The translations under genes and the position numbers were made by a program. DNA of 64,000 bases from an uncultured Gemmataceae bacterium (GTDB taxonomy: Bacteria > Planctomycetota > Planctomycetia > Gemmatales > Gemmataceae). The stretch is from contig CAVVPN010000011.1 in the NCBI GenBank assembly GCA_963750165.1, forward strand, positions 64,001 through 128,000. The letters run 5' to 3'. Below, one piece after another: positions 45,166 to 55,216 of the stretch (position 1 is its first letter; every line of letters begins with the position of its first letter). The notes under the pieces are model-generated. The model did no database searches. It saw only the letters and a list, made by a program, of their open reading frames with translations, and had not been told where the DNA came from.

Positions 45166-46053
45166 TCACTTCTTTGCCTGCTTCAGCGCCGCCAGCAACG
45201 CCGGTTGCTGGTGCAGGCGGCTCACCTCCGCGGCCGTCAACGGCCGGTCGAACAGCGCGAACTCGTCCAGCAGCCCAATGAAGTTCACGGCGACGTAAAC
45301 GCCTGTTTTGTTCAGGTCCCACTTCAGCGCCAGTTCGCGGTCCTTGACCGTGCCGCGGTGCTTGCCGTCAATGTACAGGTCCGCCTGGCCGTCCTTCTTG
45401 CCGGTGTCCAGGTGGTCCCACGTCAGCACGACATGATGCCAGTCGCCGGCCTTGAAGCCGACGCCGCGCACCCACACCATCGGCGCATCGGGGTCCGACT
45501 CGGCGACACCCCTGGCACCGGCTGGCACCGCCGGGAAGACGCCCATGCGCAGGTCGCGCGGTTTGGCGTCGTTGAAGTCGAACCAGATGCCGCCGTCGTT
45601 GGCGCCCTTCTGCGTGATCTGCACCGGATCGCAGAATTTCGTCTTGAACAGTTTGTCCGGGTCCGTGTTGATCCACACCGACACGGAGCCGCCCCAGCCG
45701 TTCGGCCTGAACGCGAGGTTGCCCTTCGCTGGAAAGAAGATGCGGCCGTTGTTCGGCAGCACGTCCACCACTTCCAGACAGCCGCCGCTAACGCCCTTGC
45801 CCGGCGCGACGCGAAATACCTTGTCGTTGTAGCCCTTCTCGAAGACGAACTTGCCTTTCTCCGTCGCGTGGTTGAAGCGCGTCGAGAGTGTCAGGTCACC
45901 GCCGCCGAAGTCGGCTTTCGCATTCTCGTCGAAGGAGGCGTAGAACGTCACGGCCTTGCGAATGGCGTCGTCCGGTTTCTGCTCGCTGTCCGTCACGGCA
46001 ACCTCCGTCGTCAGCAACATGGCGACCACCACCCAAACGCCCCCACGTTTCAT
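45166..46053 (-). CDS. Secreted LamG/concanavalin A-like domain protein
   Basis: FYASFD, GSVSVWI, WHHVVLTW, LYIDG, GLLDEFALFDRPLTAAEV. Confidence 0.88.
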   Translation of the reverse strand: MKRGGVWVVVAMLLTTEVAVTDSEQKPDDAIRKAVTFYASFDENAKADFGGGDLTLSTRFNHATEKGKFVFEKGYNDKVFRVAPGKGVSGGCLEVVDVLPNNGRIFFPAKGNLAFRPNGWGGSVSVWINTDPDKLFKTKFCDPVQITQKGANDGGIWFDFNDAKPRDLRMGVFPAVPAGARGVAESDPDAPMVWVRGVGFKAGDWHHVVLTWDHLDTGKKDGQADLYIDGKHRGTVKDRELALKWDLNKTGVYVAVNFIGLLDEFALFDRPLTAAEVSRLHQQPALLAALKQAKK

Positions 46054-46099
46054 CGTCCGCCCCTTTCCACGAGGAGCACCACGCCCCGTTACTCGCCGC

Positions 46100-46868
46100 C
46101 TAAAACCCCACGCCGACCTCCAACGCGATCGGCACCGCAATCCGCTCCACGGTGTCAAAATACGTGGCCCGCACCGTGCAGCGCTCGAGGTTCCCGTCCG
46201 TGAAAAAAGTCACCTGGAAACCGCTGTTGGCCTTGGATCCGAAGCCCCCGGAGCGGATGACCTGTCGAAAGACCACCTCCTTGCCGGCGGCGTCCAGCAG
46301 GACCAGCGCCTTGAGGGGGCGGGTCCCCGTGTATGTGTACATGCCCTTGATCGTGCCCCCACCCTTGCCCTTGCCGAGCCGCCTGGGTTCCAGCGTGCCG
46401 ACGCGCAGATCGACACCCTTGCTCAGGTCGGCATCCTTGACCTCGACGGTCTTCTCGACCTTGCCCACGTCCACGGCCAGGGTGCCGGCAAGCTTCAATT
46501 TACGGGAGCCCTGGGCCGGCAGCCCCGGCGCCGTGAAACTGACCCGCAGCGATTGGCAGTCCGCCGCCAGGACCTCAAGGCCCAGCTTGAAGGGGGATTG
46601 CTTCAGCCCGCGGAGCAAATCGGTCTGCCGGTCGTCCGTGAAGGCCGTCAATTCGCTGCGCCAGATCGAGCCGGGTGATGAACTTCCCGGGGAGGTGCAG
46701 CCGCGCCGTGACCGTGGTCCCGCGGTCGATGAGCAGGTCCGTACGGATCCCCGGTGGCGCTTCTTTCTGAACGCTCATTCCCAGCACGACCCATTTTGGC
46801 GCCTGACCGGGGGCCGGGGAGGCGAATGCGGCCAGGACGAGGCCGGCCGCGGCGAGCGAACGAAGCAT
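46100..46868 (-). CDS. Secreted hypothetical protein; frameshift near 46657; paralog of the next gene
   Basis: Signal peptide; LHLPGK, DD..TDLL, GTL.V.VGK.EK, TYF..VE...VPI.LE.GVG. Confidence 0.7.
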
Positions 46869-46896
46869 GCGCGTGCTCCTGATACGGGAGACCAAT

Positions 46897-47679
46897 TCAC
46901 AATCCGACGCCGATTTCCAGGTCGATGGGCACGGTGACCTTCTCGACCGCCTCGAAGTAGGTAACGCGGACGTTTGCACGGGACAGGCCGGACGGCAGGG
47001 GGAAATGCCCCCGGAAATGTTGTTCACTCTTGCCCTTGCCGCCGAGCGGCACCCCTTTGAGGTGCGCGGTCTGCGGCAACGTGATTTCCTTGCCGGCCTC
47101 GTTGAACAGTGTGAGATCCTTCACGGGTTGCTTGCCGGTGTAGGTCAGGGTGCCGCTGAATGAGCCGGTCCCGGTGAATTTCAGTGTGCCGGCCGGCAAC
47201 TCCAGCCCGAGCCGCAACGCCACGTTGTCGCGCTCGAAGCGCTTCTCGCCCTTGCCGACGAGGACCACCAGCGTTCCCTTGACTCGGACCCGGGTTGCCC
47301 CCGCGGCGGGCGTTTTCGCGGTGCTGAAGGCGACGCCGCACAGCCGGCCGCCCATCGAAATCTGCGCGTCTTTCGCGATCAGGGGAGTAGCGCCGTTGCG
47401 GTCGGCCGCCAACAGGTCTGTCCCCTGGTCGTCCGCGATGGAGGTGATCGTGCTCTCACCGACGTCGATGCCAACCATCGATTTCCCGGGCAGGTGCAGG
47501 ACGGCCCGAATCTGGGTCGTTGACCTGTCGCGGAAGGGCCGGCGGTCGTCGGGGTCCGCCTTCTCGACCTTCAGCGCCAGCACGCTCCAGTGTGGGCCGC
47601 CCTGTTGCTGTCCGTGAACCGGCACCATTCCGAGGGCCAGCGCCAGCGGCACCACCGCCCAGATGCGCGTCATGTTCAT
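46897..47679 (-). CDS. Secreted hypothetical protein
   Basis: Signal peptide; same motif series as 46100-46868. Confidence 0.75.
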   Translation of the reverse strand: MNMTRIWAVVPLALALGMVPVHGQQQGGPHWSVLALKVEKADPDDRRPFRDRSTTQIRAVLHLPGKSMVGIDVGESTITSIADDQGTDLLAADRNGATPLIAKDAQISMGGRLCGVAFSTAKTPAAGATRVRVKGTLVVLVGKGEKRFERDNVALRLGLELPAGTLKFTGTGSFSGTLTYTGKQPVKDLTLFNEAGKEITLPQTAHLKGVPLGGKGKSEQHFRGHFPLPSGLSRANVRVTYFEAVEKVTVPIDLEIGVGL

Positions 47680-47696
47680 CCCCCCTGAACCCGCGG

Positions 47697-49865
47697 TCAA
47701 TCCAGGTACACAAATTCATTCGCATTCAACAGCGCCTGGCAGAACTGCACCAGGCTGGCCGGCGACTCCGCCGCACTCTCGAAAAAGCGCCGCACCGCCG
47801 CGCGATCGTGCCCATCCGGCGGCCGGCCCAGCGCCAGCACAAACGCCGCCTCCACCTGCTTCTCGCGGTCGTCGCCGGCCAGCGCCGTAATCCGTTTCGC
47901 CAGCCCCTGCGCCCGCTTCATGCTGAAGTCGTTGTTGAGCAGGTACAGCGCCTGCAGCGCCGCCGTCGAGATGTGCCGCCGGCCGCAGCTCTCCAGCACG
48001 GCGTTGGGGCCGTCGAACAACCCCTGCAGCGCCGGCGGCGCATGCCGTTTCTGGAACAGGTACAGGCCGCGGCGCCGGCTCTGCTCGTCGGTGATGCTCG
48101 GGCCGCCGAGGCGGCGGTCGAGGTCACCGCTGACCGCCAGCAGGCTATCGCGGATGACCTCCGCCTCCAACCGCCGCGGCCGCCAGCGCCACAGATACAC
48201 GTTGTCCGGGTCGATGGCCGCGTTGGCCGGTACTCGCTGGGCATCCTGGCGATAGGTGGCGCTCGTCACGATCAGGCGATGGATGGCGCGCGTGCTGCCG
48301 CCCTGACGCCAGAACTCCGCGGCCAGCCAGTCGAGCAGGGCCGGGTGACTCGGCGGAGCGCCGCGCGTGCCGAAGTCGCCGGGCGTCGCCACGATGCCGC
48401 GGCCCAGGTGGTGGTGCCAGAGCCGATTGACGTACACACGGCCGGTCAGTGGATGGTCCGGGCTCGCCAGCCAGTTCGCCAGCGCCAGGCGCGGTTTTTT
48501 GGCGACGACCTCCGGCGGCGTTGGGCCGAACAGCGCTGGCCAGCCCGCGGCCAGGGCCTCGCGCGGCTGATGCACGTCGCCGCTGTTCAGCAAGCGCGAC
48601 CGCGTGTGGGCCAGCTCCTCCGGCATCAGCGGCGGCGGATAAAAGCCCTTCATCGGCAGCAGCTCGAAGCGGTGCGGGCTGGTCACCGGCGAGAAGAAGG
48701 CGAGCGTCTGCGGCCGCTCCGGCGCCAGCTTTTCCCACAGGGCGATGCGGGCCTTCAGTTCGTCGTACAGCCGGCGGTCTTCCGGCGCGATGGCCTTGCT
48801 GATGGGGCCCTGGCCGATCAGGTGGTTGAACTCGGAGCCGCGCACGAGTTTTTCCTGAGCGGGAGTGCGCTGATCCGGCGGCACCGCCAGCGCGGCCAGC
48901 ACCGCGGGCGGCAACTGGCGGCGCACCGCTGCCACGCAGCGCCGCCGTGTGCGTTCCAGGATTTGCTCGCGCAGCATCACGGCCCGGTCGTATTCGATGG
49001 GTCGGCGGCCCTCGTGGGTGTCGCGCAGGACGACGTTGCCAAGGTGGCCCTGCGCGAAGAAACCCTGGAAGCGGTAGTAGTCGCGGGCGCTGATCGGGTC
49101 GAACTTGTGGTTGTGGCACTGAGCGCAGTTGAACGTCAGACCAAGGAACGCCGCGCCGGTGGCGTTGGTGATGTCCACCAGCAGGTCGTTGCGCTGGCGA
49201 ACGCTGTCCTCCTCGTTGCTGCTCAGGCGGCCCGCCGCCAAAAAGCCGGTGGCGATCAGGTGCTCGTCGGCGTAGGGCGACAGCTCGTCGCCGGCCAGCT
49301 GCTCGCGCACGAAGTCGGCGAACGGTTTGTCCTGGTTGACGCTGCGCACCACCCAGTCGCGGTAGCGCCAGGCGTGCGGCCGCAGATGATTGCTCTCGTA
49401 GCCCTCCGACTCCGCCCAGCGGGCCACGTCGAGCCAGTGGCGGCCCCAGCGCTCGCCGTGGTGGGGCGACGCCAGCAGCCGTTCGACCACTTTCTCATAA
49501 GCGTTCGGTGATTGGTCCTGTAAAAAAGCGTCGATCTCCGCGGGCGTCGGCGGCAGCCCAATCAGGTCGAGCGTGACGCGGCGCAGCAGAGTGCGGCGGT
49601 CGGCCGCCGGGGCGGGCGTCAGGCCGCGGGCCTCGTGCTCGGCGGCGACGAAGGCGTCAATGGGGTTGCGCACCCAGGCGGCGTTCTTGACCTTCGGCAC
49701 CGCCACGGGCCGCACCGGCTGGAACGCCCAGTGCTTGGCCGGCGCCTTGCCGCTCGTTTGCGCCGCGGCAGCCGGCGACCGGTCGTCAACGGGCACGACC
49801 GCGGCCAGGGCGAACGCGGCCGACACGGCGAGAACACGACGCAGGAGGAACGGGTAGCGGATCAT
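47697..49865 (-). CDS. DUF1549/DUF1553 protein
   Basis: HWAFQP, NPIDAF, GERWGRHWLDVAR, CAQCHNHKFDPI, PSHPALLDWLA, RLEAEVIRD, ALLNANEF. Confidence 0.93.
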   Translation of the reverse strand: MIRYPFLLRRVLAVSAAFALAAVVPVDDRSPAAAAQTSGKAPAKHWAFQPVRPVAVPKVKNAAWVRNPIDAFVAAEHEARGLTPAPAADRRTLLRRVTLDLIGLPPTPAEIDAFLQDQSPNAYEKVVERLLASPHHGERWGRHWLDVARWAESEGYESNHLRPHAWRYRDWVVRSVNQDKPFADFVREQLAGDELSPYADEHLIATGFLAAGRLSSNEEDSVRQRNDLLVDITNATGAAFLGLTFNCAQCHNHKFDPISARDYYRFQGFFAQGHLGNVVLRDTHEGRRPIEYDRAVMLREQILERTRRRCVAAVRRQLPPAVLAALAVPPDQRTPAQEKLVRGSEFNHLIGQGPISKAIAPEDRRLYDELKARIALWEKLAPERPQTLAFFSPVTSPHRFELLPMKGFYPPPLMPEELAHTRSRLLNSGDVHQPREALAAGWPALFGPTPPEVVAKKPRLALANWLASPDHPLTGRVYVNRLWHHHLGRGIVATPGDFGTRGAPPSHPALLDWLAAEFWRQGGSTRAIHRLIVTSATYRQDAQRVPANAAIDPDNVYLWRWRPRRLEAEVIRDSLLAVSGDLDRRLGGPSITDEQSRRRGLYLFQKRHAPPALQGLFDGPNAVLESCGRRHISTAALQALYLLNNDFSMKRAQGLAKRITALAGDDREKQVEAAFVLALGRPPDGHDRAAVRRFFESAAESPASLVQFCQALLNANEFVYLD

Positions 49866-49974
49866 GGGGCAGGCAGCGCTCCTTCGGTCGGGCGCACGGA
49901 GTTACCATCACGGATACCCCCTATCCTACCGGCGGCGTCCGGGAAGGGAAACAAACTCTCCGGGAAAAACGATC

Positions 49975-50979
49975 TCAGCGCGGCTCCAGGGGCAGCGTGC
50001 GTGCCAGGCCGATGGTGGCCCAGGCGCTGCCCCAGTAGACGGCGATGGGGTTATCCGGGGCGTTCGGCTTGCGCGTCGGCGAGAACCAGGAGCCGTCCGG
50101 CCGCTGCCGCTCCGCCAGGAAGGCCCACGCCCGCCGCACCGTCGCGTCCTGACCGCTCAGCCCAACGCGGCCCAGCGCGTACAGGCTCTGGCCCGTGGCG
50201 AACGCCTCGCTCGGCCGGCCGTTTGTCCAGCTCCAGCCGCCGTCGGCGTTCTGCTGTGCCTTCAACTCCTTCGTCAGTTCGATGGCCCGCAGCACGTCGC
50301 CGAACTCCAGTTCCACCAGCAGCCGCACCACCAGGGCTTCGTTGCTAGCGCCGGCCGGCGCCTTCGCCAACCAGGCCAGCGCCTGCTCACGGCTCGTTGC
50401 ATAAGCGGGGTCGCTCTTCTCGACCGTGGTCAGCGCCAGCACGGCCCAGAGCGTGGTCGCCTCGTTGTTCTCCGCGTCGGAGCGCTTCAGCCCCTGGCCC
50501 TCGTATTTCCAGAAGCCCTGCTGTTTCTGACCATTGACCAGCACGTCCGCGATGGTTTTCACTGCCAGGCCCGCTTTCGACTCCGCCGCGGGCGCGGCGA
50601 CCTGGCCCAGCACGAGGTGCATGCCCTCGACGTTGCCGGTCTTCTTGGTCTGATACTCCTTCAGGTTGCTCTGGTAGAAATTCAGCGCCTGGGTCGTCCA
50701 CGCTGCCAGTTTCTGCTCGTCCACCGGGATGCCGCGGGCGCGGGCCTCGTTGTGACTCCAGAGCAGGAAGGCGCCGTGATGGCAAGCATTGCACTTGCGC
50801 TTGGCCCACCAGGCCAGCCCCTCCTTCTCCAGAAACGCCAGGCCGCGCGTGACGGATTGACGCAGTTCCTGCGGCTGAGGGGGCTTCTTGCCGGGGGTGC
50901 CGGCCTGTTGCTGCGCAGGCGCCGTCGCGGCGGTGCCCAGGATGAGCAGGAGTCCGAGGGAGAGGGGGCGGAGTGTCAC
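49975..50979 (-). CDS. Secreted prenyltransferase-repeat protein with CxxCH motif
   Basis: Signal peptide, CNACHH, QNADGGW, QRPDGSW. Confidence 0.85.
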   Translation of the reverse strand: MTLRPLSLGLLLILGTAATAPAQQQAGTPGKKPPQPQELRQSVTRGLAFLEKEGLAWWAKRKCNACHHGAFLLWSHNEARARGIPVDEQKLAAWTTQALNFYQSNLKEYQTKKTGNVEGMHLVLGQVAAPAAESKAGLAVKTIADVLVNGQKQQGFWKYEGQGLKRSDAENNEATTLWAVLALTTVEKSDPAYATSREQALAWLAKAPAGASNEALVVRLLVELEFGDVLRAIELTKELKAQQNADGGWSWTNGRPSEAFATGQSLYALGRVGLSGQDATVRRAWAFLAERQRPDGSWFSPTRKPNAPDNPIAVYWGSAWATIGLARTLPLEPR

Positions 50980-51032
50980 GGTTCTTCCTCCAAGCGGGTG
51001 GGCGTGGGAGGCGGGGTTTTTCTGAACACCGT

Positions 51033-51061
51033 ATTCTCGCCCATGGCCGGGGCAAAAACAA
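51033..51061 (-). promoter_or_regulatory. Possible sigma70-type promoter
   Basis: TTGTTT-N17-GAGAAT ahead of a CCCRCC-rich leader. Confidence 0.4.
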
Positions 51062-51131
51062 GGGCTGCGCTTGCAAATGCGCGCCCCCTGTTGGTACGCT
51101 TTCAAATACCGATTTACCAACGAGGTGTCCC

Positions 51132-51455
51132 ATGTCGGGTGGAACTTATCAGCAAGCGCAGGACAACGATTTGGATCCCCGATCCGCAACCTTTCCGCGC
51201 GGTCTCCTGCAACCGCCCGCTCGGGTGATCGAGTTGGTGGCTCGAGAAGCGGCGCGCCTGCCCATGACATCAGAGGCTCGCAAGCGAATTACCGAAGACT
51301 TGACGTTGCAATTTTTTTTCGAGGGCGTGGATGTGGCTTACCGCCGCACGCCGCAGGGCGTCGAGGTGCTGGCCGTGGGCGCGGACGAAATCGGCGCTCT
51401 TGTCAAACGGTTGACGCAGGAAGAACTGCTCGCCATGTACATTGGACAGCCGTAA
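51132..51455 (+). CDS. Hypothetical protein (107 aa) upstream of the MazEF-like pair
   Basis: GAGGTG RBS; TLQFFFEG..VAYRRTPQGVEVLAVG. Confidence 0.7.
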   Translation: MSGGTYQQAQDNDLDPRSATFPRGLLQPPARVIELVAREAARLPMTSEARKRITEDLTLQFFFEGVDVAYRRTPQGVEVLAVGADEIGALVKRLTQEELLAMYIGQP

Positions 51456-51473
51456 ATGCTGAGGACTCAACCG

Positions 51474-51710
51474 ATGACCAACCTGACAATGAGCAGCGGC
51501 GGCCAAATCACCTTGCCGCCTGAATTACGGGATCACTACGGACTGACTCCAGAAAAGCCGCTGCGCGTGATTCAGACGAAGAGCGGCATCCTCTTGATAC
51601 CACTCACGGACGCTCCGATGGAACCGGCACTTCAGCAAGAGTTGCAGGAATGGCAGGCGCTCGGCGCCGCCTCCTGGGACCTGTTTCCTTACGAGGAGCC
51701 GGAGTCGTGA
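51474..51710 (+). CDS. AbrB/MazE-family antitoxin
   Basis: MSSGGQITLPPELRDHYGL...ILLIP; GTGA overlap with the toxin. Confidence 0.85.
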   Translation: MTNLTMSSGGQITLPPELRDHYGLTPEKPLRVIQTKSGILLIPLTDAPMEPALQQELQEWQALGAASWDLFPYEEPES

Positions 51711-52066
51711 ATATTGGCGACATCTACTGGGTGGATTTTCCGGCTGGGGCCGGCCGTGCCCAGACGGGGAGAAGACCTGCTATTGTAGTCCAAACTTCGG
51801 CCACCTCGGATCAACTGCCCACGGTGTTGCTCATCCCACTCACCACTCAGCAGGATGCTTTACGGTTCCCCGGAACGTTGCTGATTGAGGGGGACGCCGA
51901 CAACGGTTTGAAGCGCGCCTCCGTGGCGTTAGCGTTTCAACTTACGGTACTGGATCGTCGCTACCTGGGTTCGTTCCTGGGGAAATTGTCGTCCGCGAAG
52001 CTGCATGACCTCTGGGCCGCATTCGACGAAATCACCGGCCGGGCGGCCCCGCCGAACCCGTCTTGA
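51707..52066 (+). CDS. mazF: PemK/MazF-family toxin
   Basis: GDIYWVDF...Q.GRRPAIVVQ, IPLTT, NGLKRAS....Q. Confidence 0.9.
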   Translation: MNIGDIYWVDFPAGAGRAQTGRRPAIVVQTSATSDQLPTVLLIPLTTQQDALRFPGTLLIEGDADNGLKRASVALAFQLTVLDRRYLGSFLGKLSSAKLHDLWAAFDEITGRAAPPNPS

Positions 52067-52155
52067 TCGCCGCGCCCCAACTTCCTACACTTCCAACCTA
52101 TACCGCCCTTCCCCGTCCCGACGCCGTTCGCGGCTCGCACCGGAGGACCACTGCC

Positions 52156-53259
52156 ATGACGGCGCCCACGACCGCCGAACCGCTGGCCCGCACGCCCCTG
52201 TACGACTGGCACGTCGCACACGGCGGTCGCATGGTTCCGTTCGCCGGCTGGGAAATGCCCGTGCAGTACAGCACCATCACCGACGAGCACCAGACCGTCC
52301 GCACCGCCGTGGGCCTCTTCGACATCAGTCACATGGGCCGGCTGTCCTTCGACGGTCCCGACGCGCTCGCTCTCATCCAGCACGTCTACACCAACAACGC
52401 CGCCACGATGAAGCACGGCCAGGTCCGCTACGGCCTCGTCTGCAATGAGCAGGGCGGCATCCGCGACGACGTGCTCGTCTACCGCTGGCCCTACGGCTAC
52501 GCCATGGTGGTCAACGCCTCCAACCGGCCCAAGATCGTCGCCTGGCTGGAGCAGCACAAGGGTAGCCGTAACGTCCAGATCACGGACCAGACGATGCAAA
52601 CGGCCATGATCGCCGTGCAGGGGCCGAAGGCGCTGGAGCTGGTTCGCGGCCTGACCGAGGCGGACGCCGAGCAGCTGACGTATTACCACGCTGCGCCGAC
52701 GCGCTGCCTGGGCCAGCAGTGCGTCCTCAGCCGCACCGGCTACACCGGCGAGGACGGCGTGGAGTTGATGATCGGCGCTACCCACGCGCTGCCGCTCTGG
52801 GAGGAGTTGGTCCGGCGCGGCGCCAAACCGTGCGGCCTTGGGGCACGCGACACGCTGCGCCTGGAAGCGGCCATGCCGCTCTACGGCCACGAGCTGTCCG
52901 AGGAGATCGACCCGTTCCAGGCGGCCCTTGGCTGGGCGGTTAAAATGGACAGGGGCGACTTCCTCGGCCGTGCCGCCCTGGAGCGGCGCCGGGCGGACAA
53001 ATCGTTACCGGTGCGTGTCGGCCTGGAGCTGGCGGGCAAGCGGCTGGCGCGGGAAGGCGCAGCACTACTGGCCGGCGAGCGGTCGGTGGGCCGGGTGTGC
53101 AGCGGTACGTTTGCGCCGACGTTGCAGAAGGCGATTGCGATGGCCTATGTGGAGCCGGCGTCGGCCGCGGTCGGCACCCAGTTGCAGGTGGACGTGCGCG
53201 GCAAGGCGGAGGCGGCCCGGGTGGTGTCGCTGCCGTTCTACAAGAGACCGAAACCTTAA
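52156..53259 (+). CDS. gcvT: Glycine cleavage system T protein
   Basis: RTPLYDWH, FAGWEMPVQY, FDISHMG, SRTGYTGEDG, GLGARDTLRLEA. Confidence 0.97.
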   Translation: MTAPTTAEPLARTPLYDWHVAHGGRMVPFAGWEMPVQYSTITDEHQTVRTAVGLFDISHMGRLSFDGPDALALIQHVYTNNAATMKHGQVRYGLVCNEQGGIRDDVLVYRWPYGYAMVVNASNRPKIVAWLEQHKGSRNVQITDQTMQTAMIAVQGPKALELVRGLTEADAEQLTYYHAAPTRCLGQQCVLSRTGYTGEDGVELMIGATHALPLWEELVRRGAKPCGLGARDTLRLEAAMPLYGHELSEEIDPFQAALGWAVKMDRGDFLGRAALERRRADKSLPVRVGLELAGKRLAREGAALLAGERSVGRVCSGTFAPTLQKAIAMAYVEPASAAVGTQLQVDVRGKAEAARVVSLPFYKRPKP

Positions 53260-53284
53260 GTCGTGGGGCAGACATTCCCACGAC
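53260..53284. repeat. Collapsed family A REP
   Basis: gtcgtggggcagacattcccacgac keeps the ends and has lost the interior. Confidence 0.7.
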
Positions 53285-53297
53285 GGGAGCGACCCTT

Positions 53298-53684
53298 ATG
53301 GACCCAAAGACCCTGCGCTACGCCGCCTCGCACGAGTGGGCCAGCCTGGATGGTGATGTCTGCACGGTGGGCATCACCAAGTTCGCGGTCGAGCAATTGA
53401 CCGATGTGGTATACATTGAGTTGCCGGACGTGGGCGATCACGTCTTCACCGGCGAGGGCTTTGGCGAGATCGAGTCGGTCAAGGCGGTCAGCGATCTGTA
53501 CTCGCCGGTCAACGGTGAGGTCATCGCCATCAACGACAAGCTCGAAACCGATCCGTCGCCGGTCGCCAAGGACCCCTACGGCACCGGCTGGATGGTCAAG
53601 ATTCGCGTCGAGAAGGGCACCACCCTCGATCATCTGATGACACTGGAAAAGTACGAGGAGCAGATTGCTTCAGGAGGTCATTAG
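53298..53684 (+). CDS. gcvH: Glycine cleavage system H protein
   Basis: HEW, VGIT, ESVKAVSDLYSP lipoyl-Lys motif, DPYG.GW. Confidence 0.97.
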   Translation: MDPKTLRYAASHEWASLDGDVCTVGITKFAVEQLTDVVYIELPDVGDHVFTGEGFGEIESVKAVSDLYSPVNGEVIAINDKLETDPSPVAKDPYGTGWMVKIRVEKGTTLDHLMTLEKYEEQIASGGH

Positions 53685-53752
53685 TCATTGGTCATTATTC
53701 GTCATTCGTCATCAGGGTTCAGACTGCTGACGAATGACGAATGACGAATGAC
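53677..53752. repeat. Inverted heptamer tandem array (GTCATTN)n...(AATGACG)n
   Basis: Contains the gcvH stop; lies between gcvH and gcvPA. Confidence 0.9.
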
Positions 53753-53775
53753 TCCTCCGAAGGAGGAGGTAGATT

Positions 53776-55112
53776 TTGTCGTACGTCCTGAACACGCCCG
53801 CGGACCAGCAGGCAATGCTCGCGGCCGCTGGTATCGGTTCTATCGAAGAGTTGTTCCAGGCCATCCCCGAGGAAGTGCGGCTGCGCCGGTTGCTGAACGT
53901 GGCGCCGGCCCTGAGCGAGATTGAGCTGCAGCAGCACCTCACCGAGCTGGGGCGCCGCAACCGCTCCGCCGACGACGCGGTGTGCTTCCTCGGCGGCGGC
54001 AGCTACGACCACTTCATCCCGGCCGTCGTCGATGCGGTCTCCGGTCGCAGCGAATACTACACCGCCTACACGCCCTACCAGGCCGAGGCCAGCCAGGGCA
54101 GCCTGCAGGCGTTCTTCGAGTACCAGACGCTCATCTGTCAGCTGACCGGCCTCGACATGGCCAACGCCAGCCTCTACGACGGCGGCAGCGCCGTCGCCGA
54201 GGCCGTGCTCATGGCCCTGACCATTGCGCCGAAGCGCCATCAGGTGCTCGTCGCCGAGAGCGTCCATCCCGAATACCGCCGCACCCTGGAGACGTACCTG
54301 GCCAACCTCGACGCCCGCGTGACGACGCTGCCGACACCACACGGCTTCCTCGACCCGGACGACCTGAAAAAAGCCGTGGACGAGCAGACGCTGTGCGTGA
54401 TCGCGCAGCACCCGAATTTCTTCGGCTGTCTCGAAGAGGTGGAGGCGCTGTCCGCGGCGGCGCACGCGAAGGGAGCGCTGTTCATCGTCAGCTTCGACCC
54501 GATCAGCCTGGGGCTGCTGAAGCGGCCGGGGAGCTACGACGCGGACATCGCCGTCGCGGAGGGCCAGTGTTTGGGCAATCCGATCGCCTACGGCGGCCCG
54601 TACCTCGGCATCCTGGCGTGTCGCGGCGAATACGTGCGCAAGCTGCCGGGCCGGATCGTCGGCCAGACGACCGACCGCCACGGTCAGCGCTGCTGGGTGC
54701 TGACGCTGCAAACGCGCGAGCAGCACATCCGCCGCGAGAAGGCGACCAGTAACATCTGTACCAACCAGGGCCTGTTCGCGCTGCGGGCGGCGGTCTACCT
54801 GGCGGCGCTGGGGCCGCAGGGCCTCAAGGAGACGGCGGAACTTTGTCTGCGCAAGGCGCACTACGCGGCGGAGCGGTTGACGCAGATGGCCGGTGTGCGG
54901 TTGCAGTTTTCGCGGCCGTTTTTCAAGGAATTCACGCTGCAAGTGCCGGGCTCGGCGCCGGACCTGCTGGACAGGTTGTTGCGGGCGAACTATCTGGGGG
55001 GCTGCACCTGGGCCGCTGGTATCCAGCGCTGAACGATTGCGTCAGCGTCGCGGTCACGGAGAAGCGCACGAAACAGGAGATCGATGGCCTGGCAGCGGCG
55101 TTCGGGTTGTGA
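53776..55112 (+). CDS. gcvPA: Glycine dehydrogenase subunit 1; frameshift near 54998
   Basis: YTAYTPYQAE.SQG, NASLYDG, TREQHIRREKATSNICTNQ, AVTEKRT; TTG start after AGGAGG. Confidence 0.95.
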
Positions 55113-55129
55113 GACTTGATACGCACACT

Positions 55130-55197
55130 GGCGAGCGGCGCGGAGTTAGCCCGCCGGTGACTTGCTGAACCGGCGGGCTGCCGCCGCGCCGCTCACC
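55130..55197. repeat. REP-like palindrome, family B
   Basis: Slightly degenerate copy of 36293-36360. Confidence 0.88.
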
Positions 55198-55216
55198 TTA
55201 ATGTTCGTGAGTTACG

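Noticed and set aside
40576..50979. Squalene-hopene cyclase calls for the two prenyltransferase-repeat proteins
   Set aside because: Both are about half the expected length, have signal peptides and lack the DxDD catalytic motif.
52067..52155. Glycine riboswitch ahead of gcvT
   Set aside because: Only 89 nt are available and none of the conserved aptamer motifs are present.
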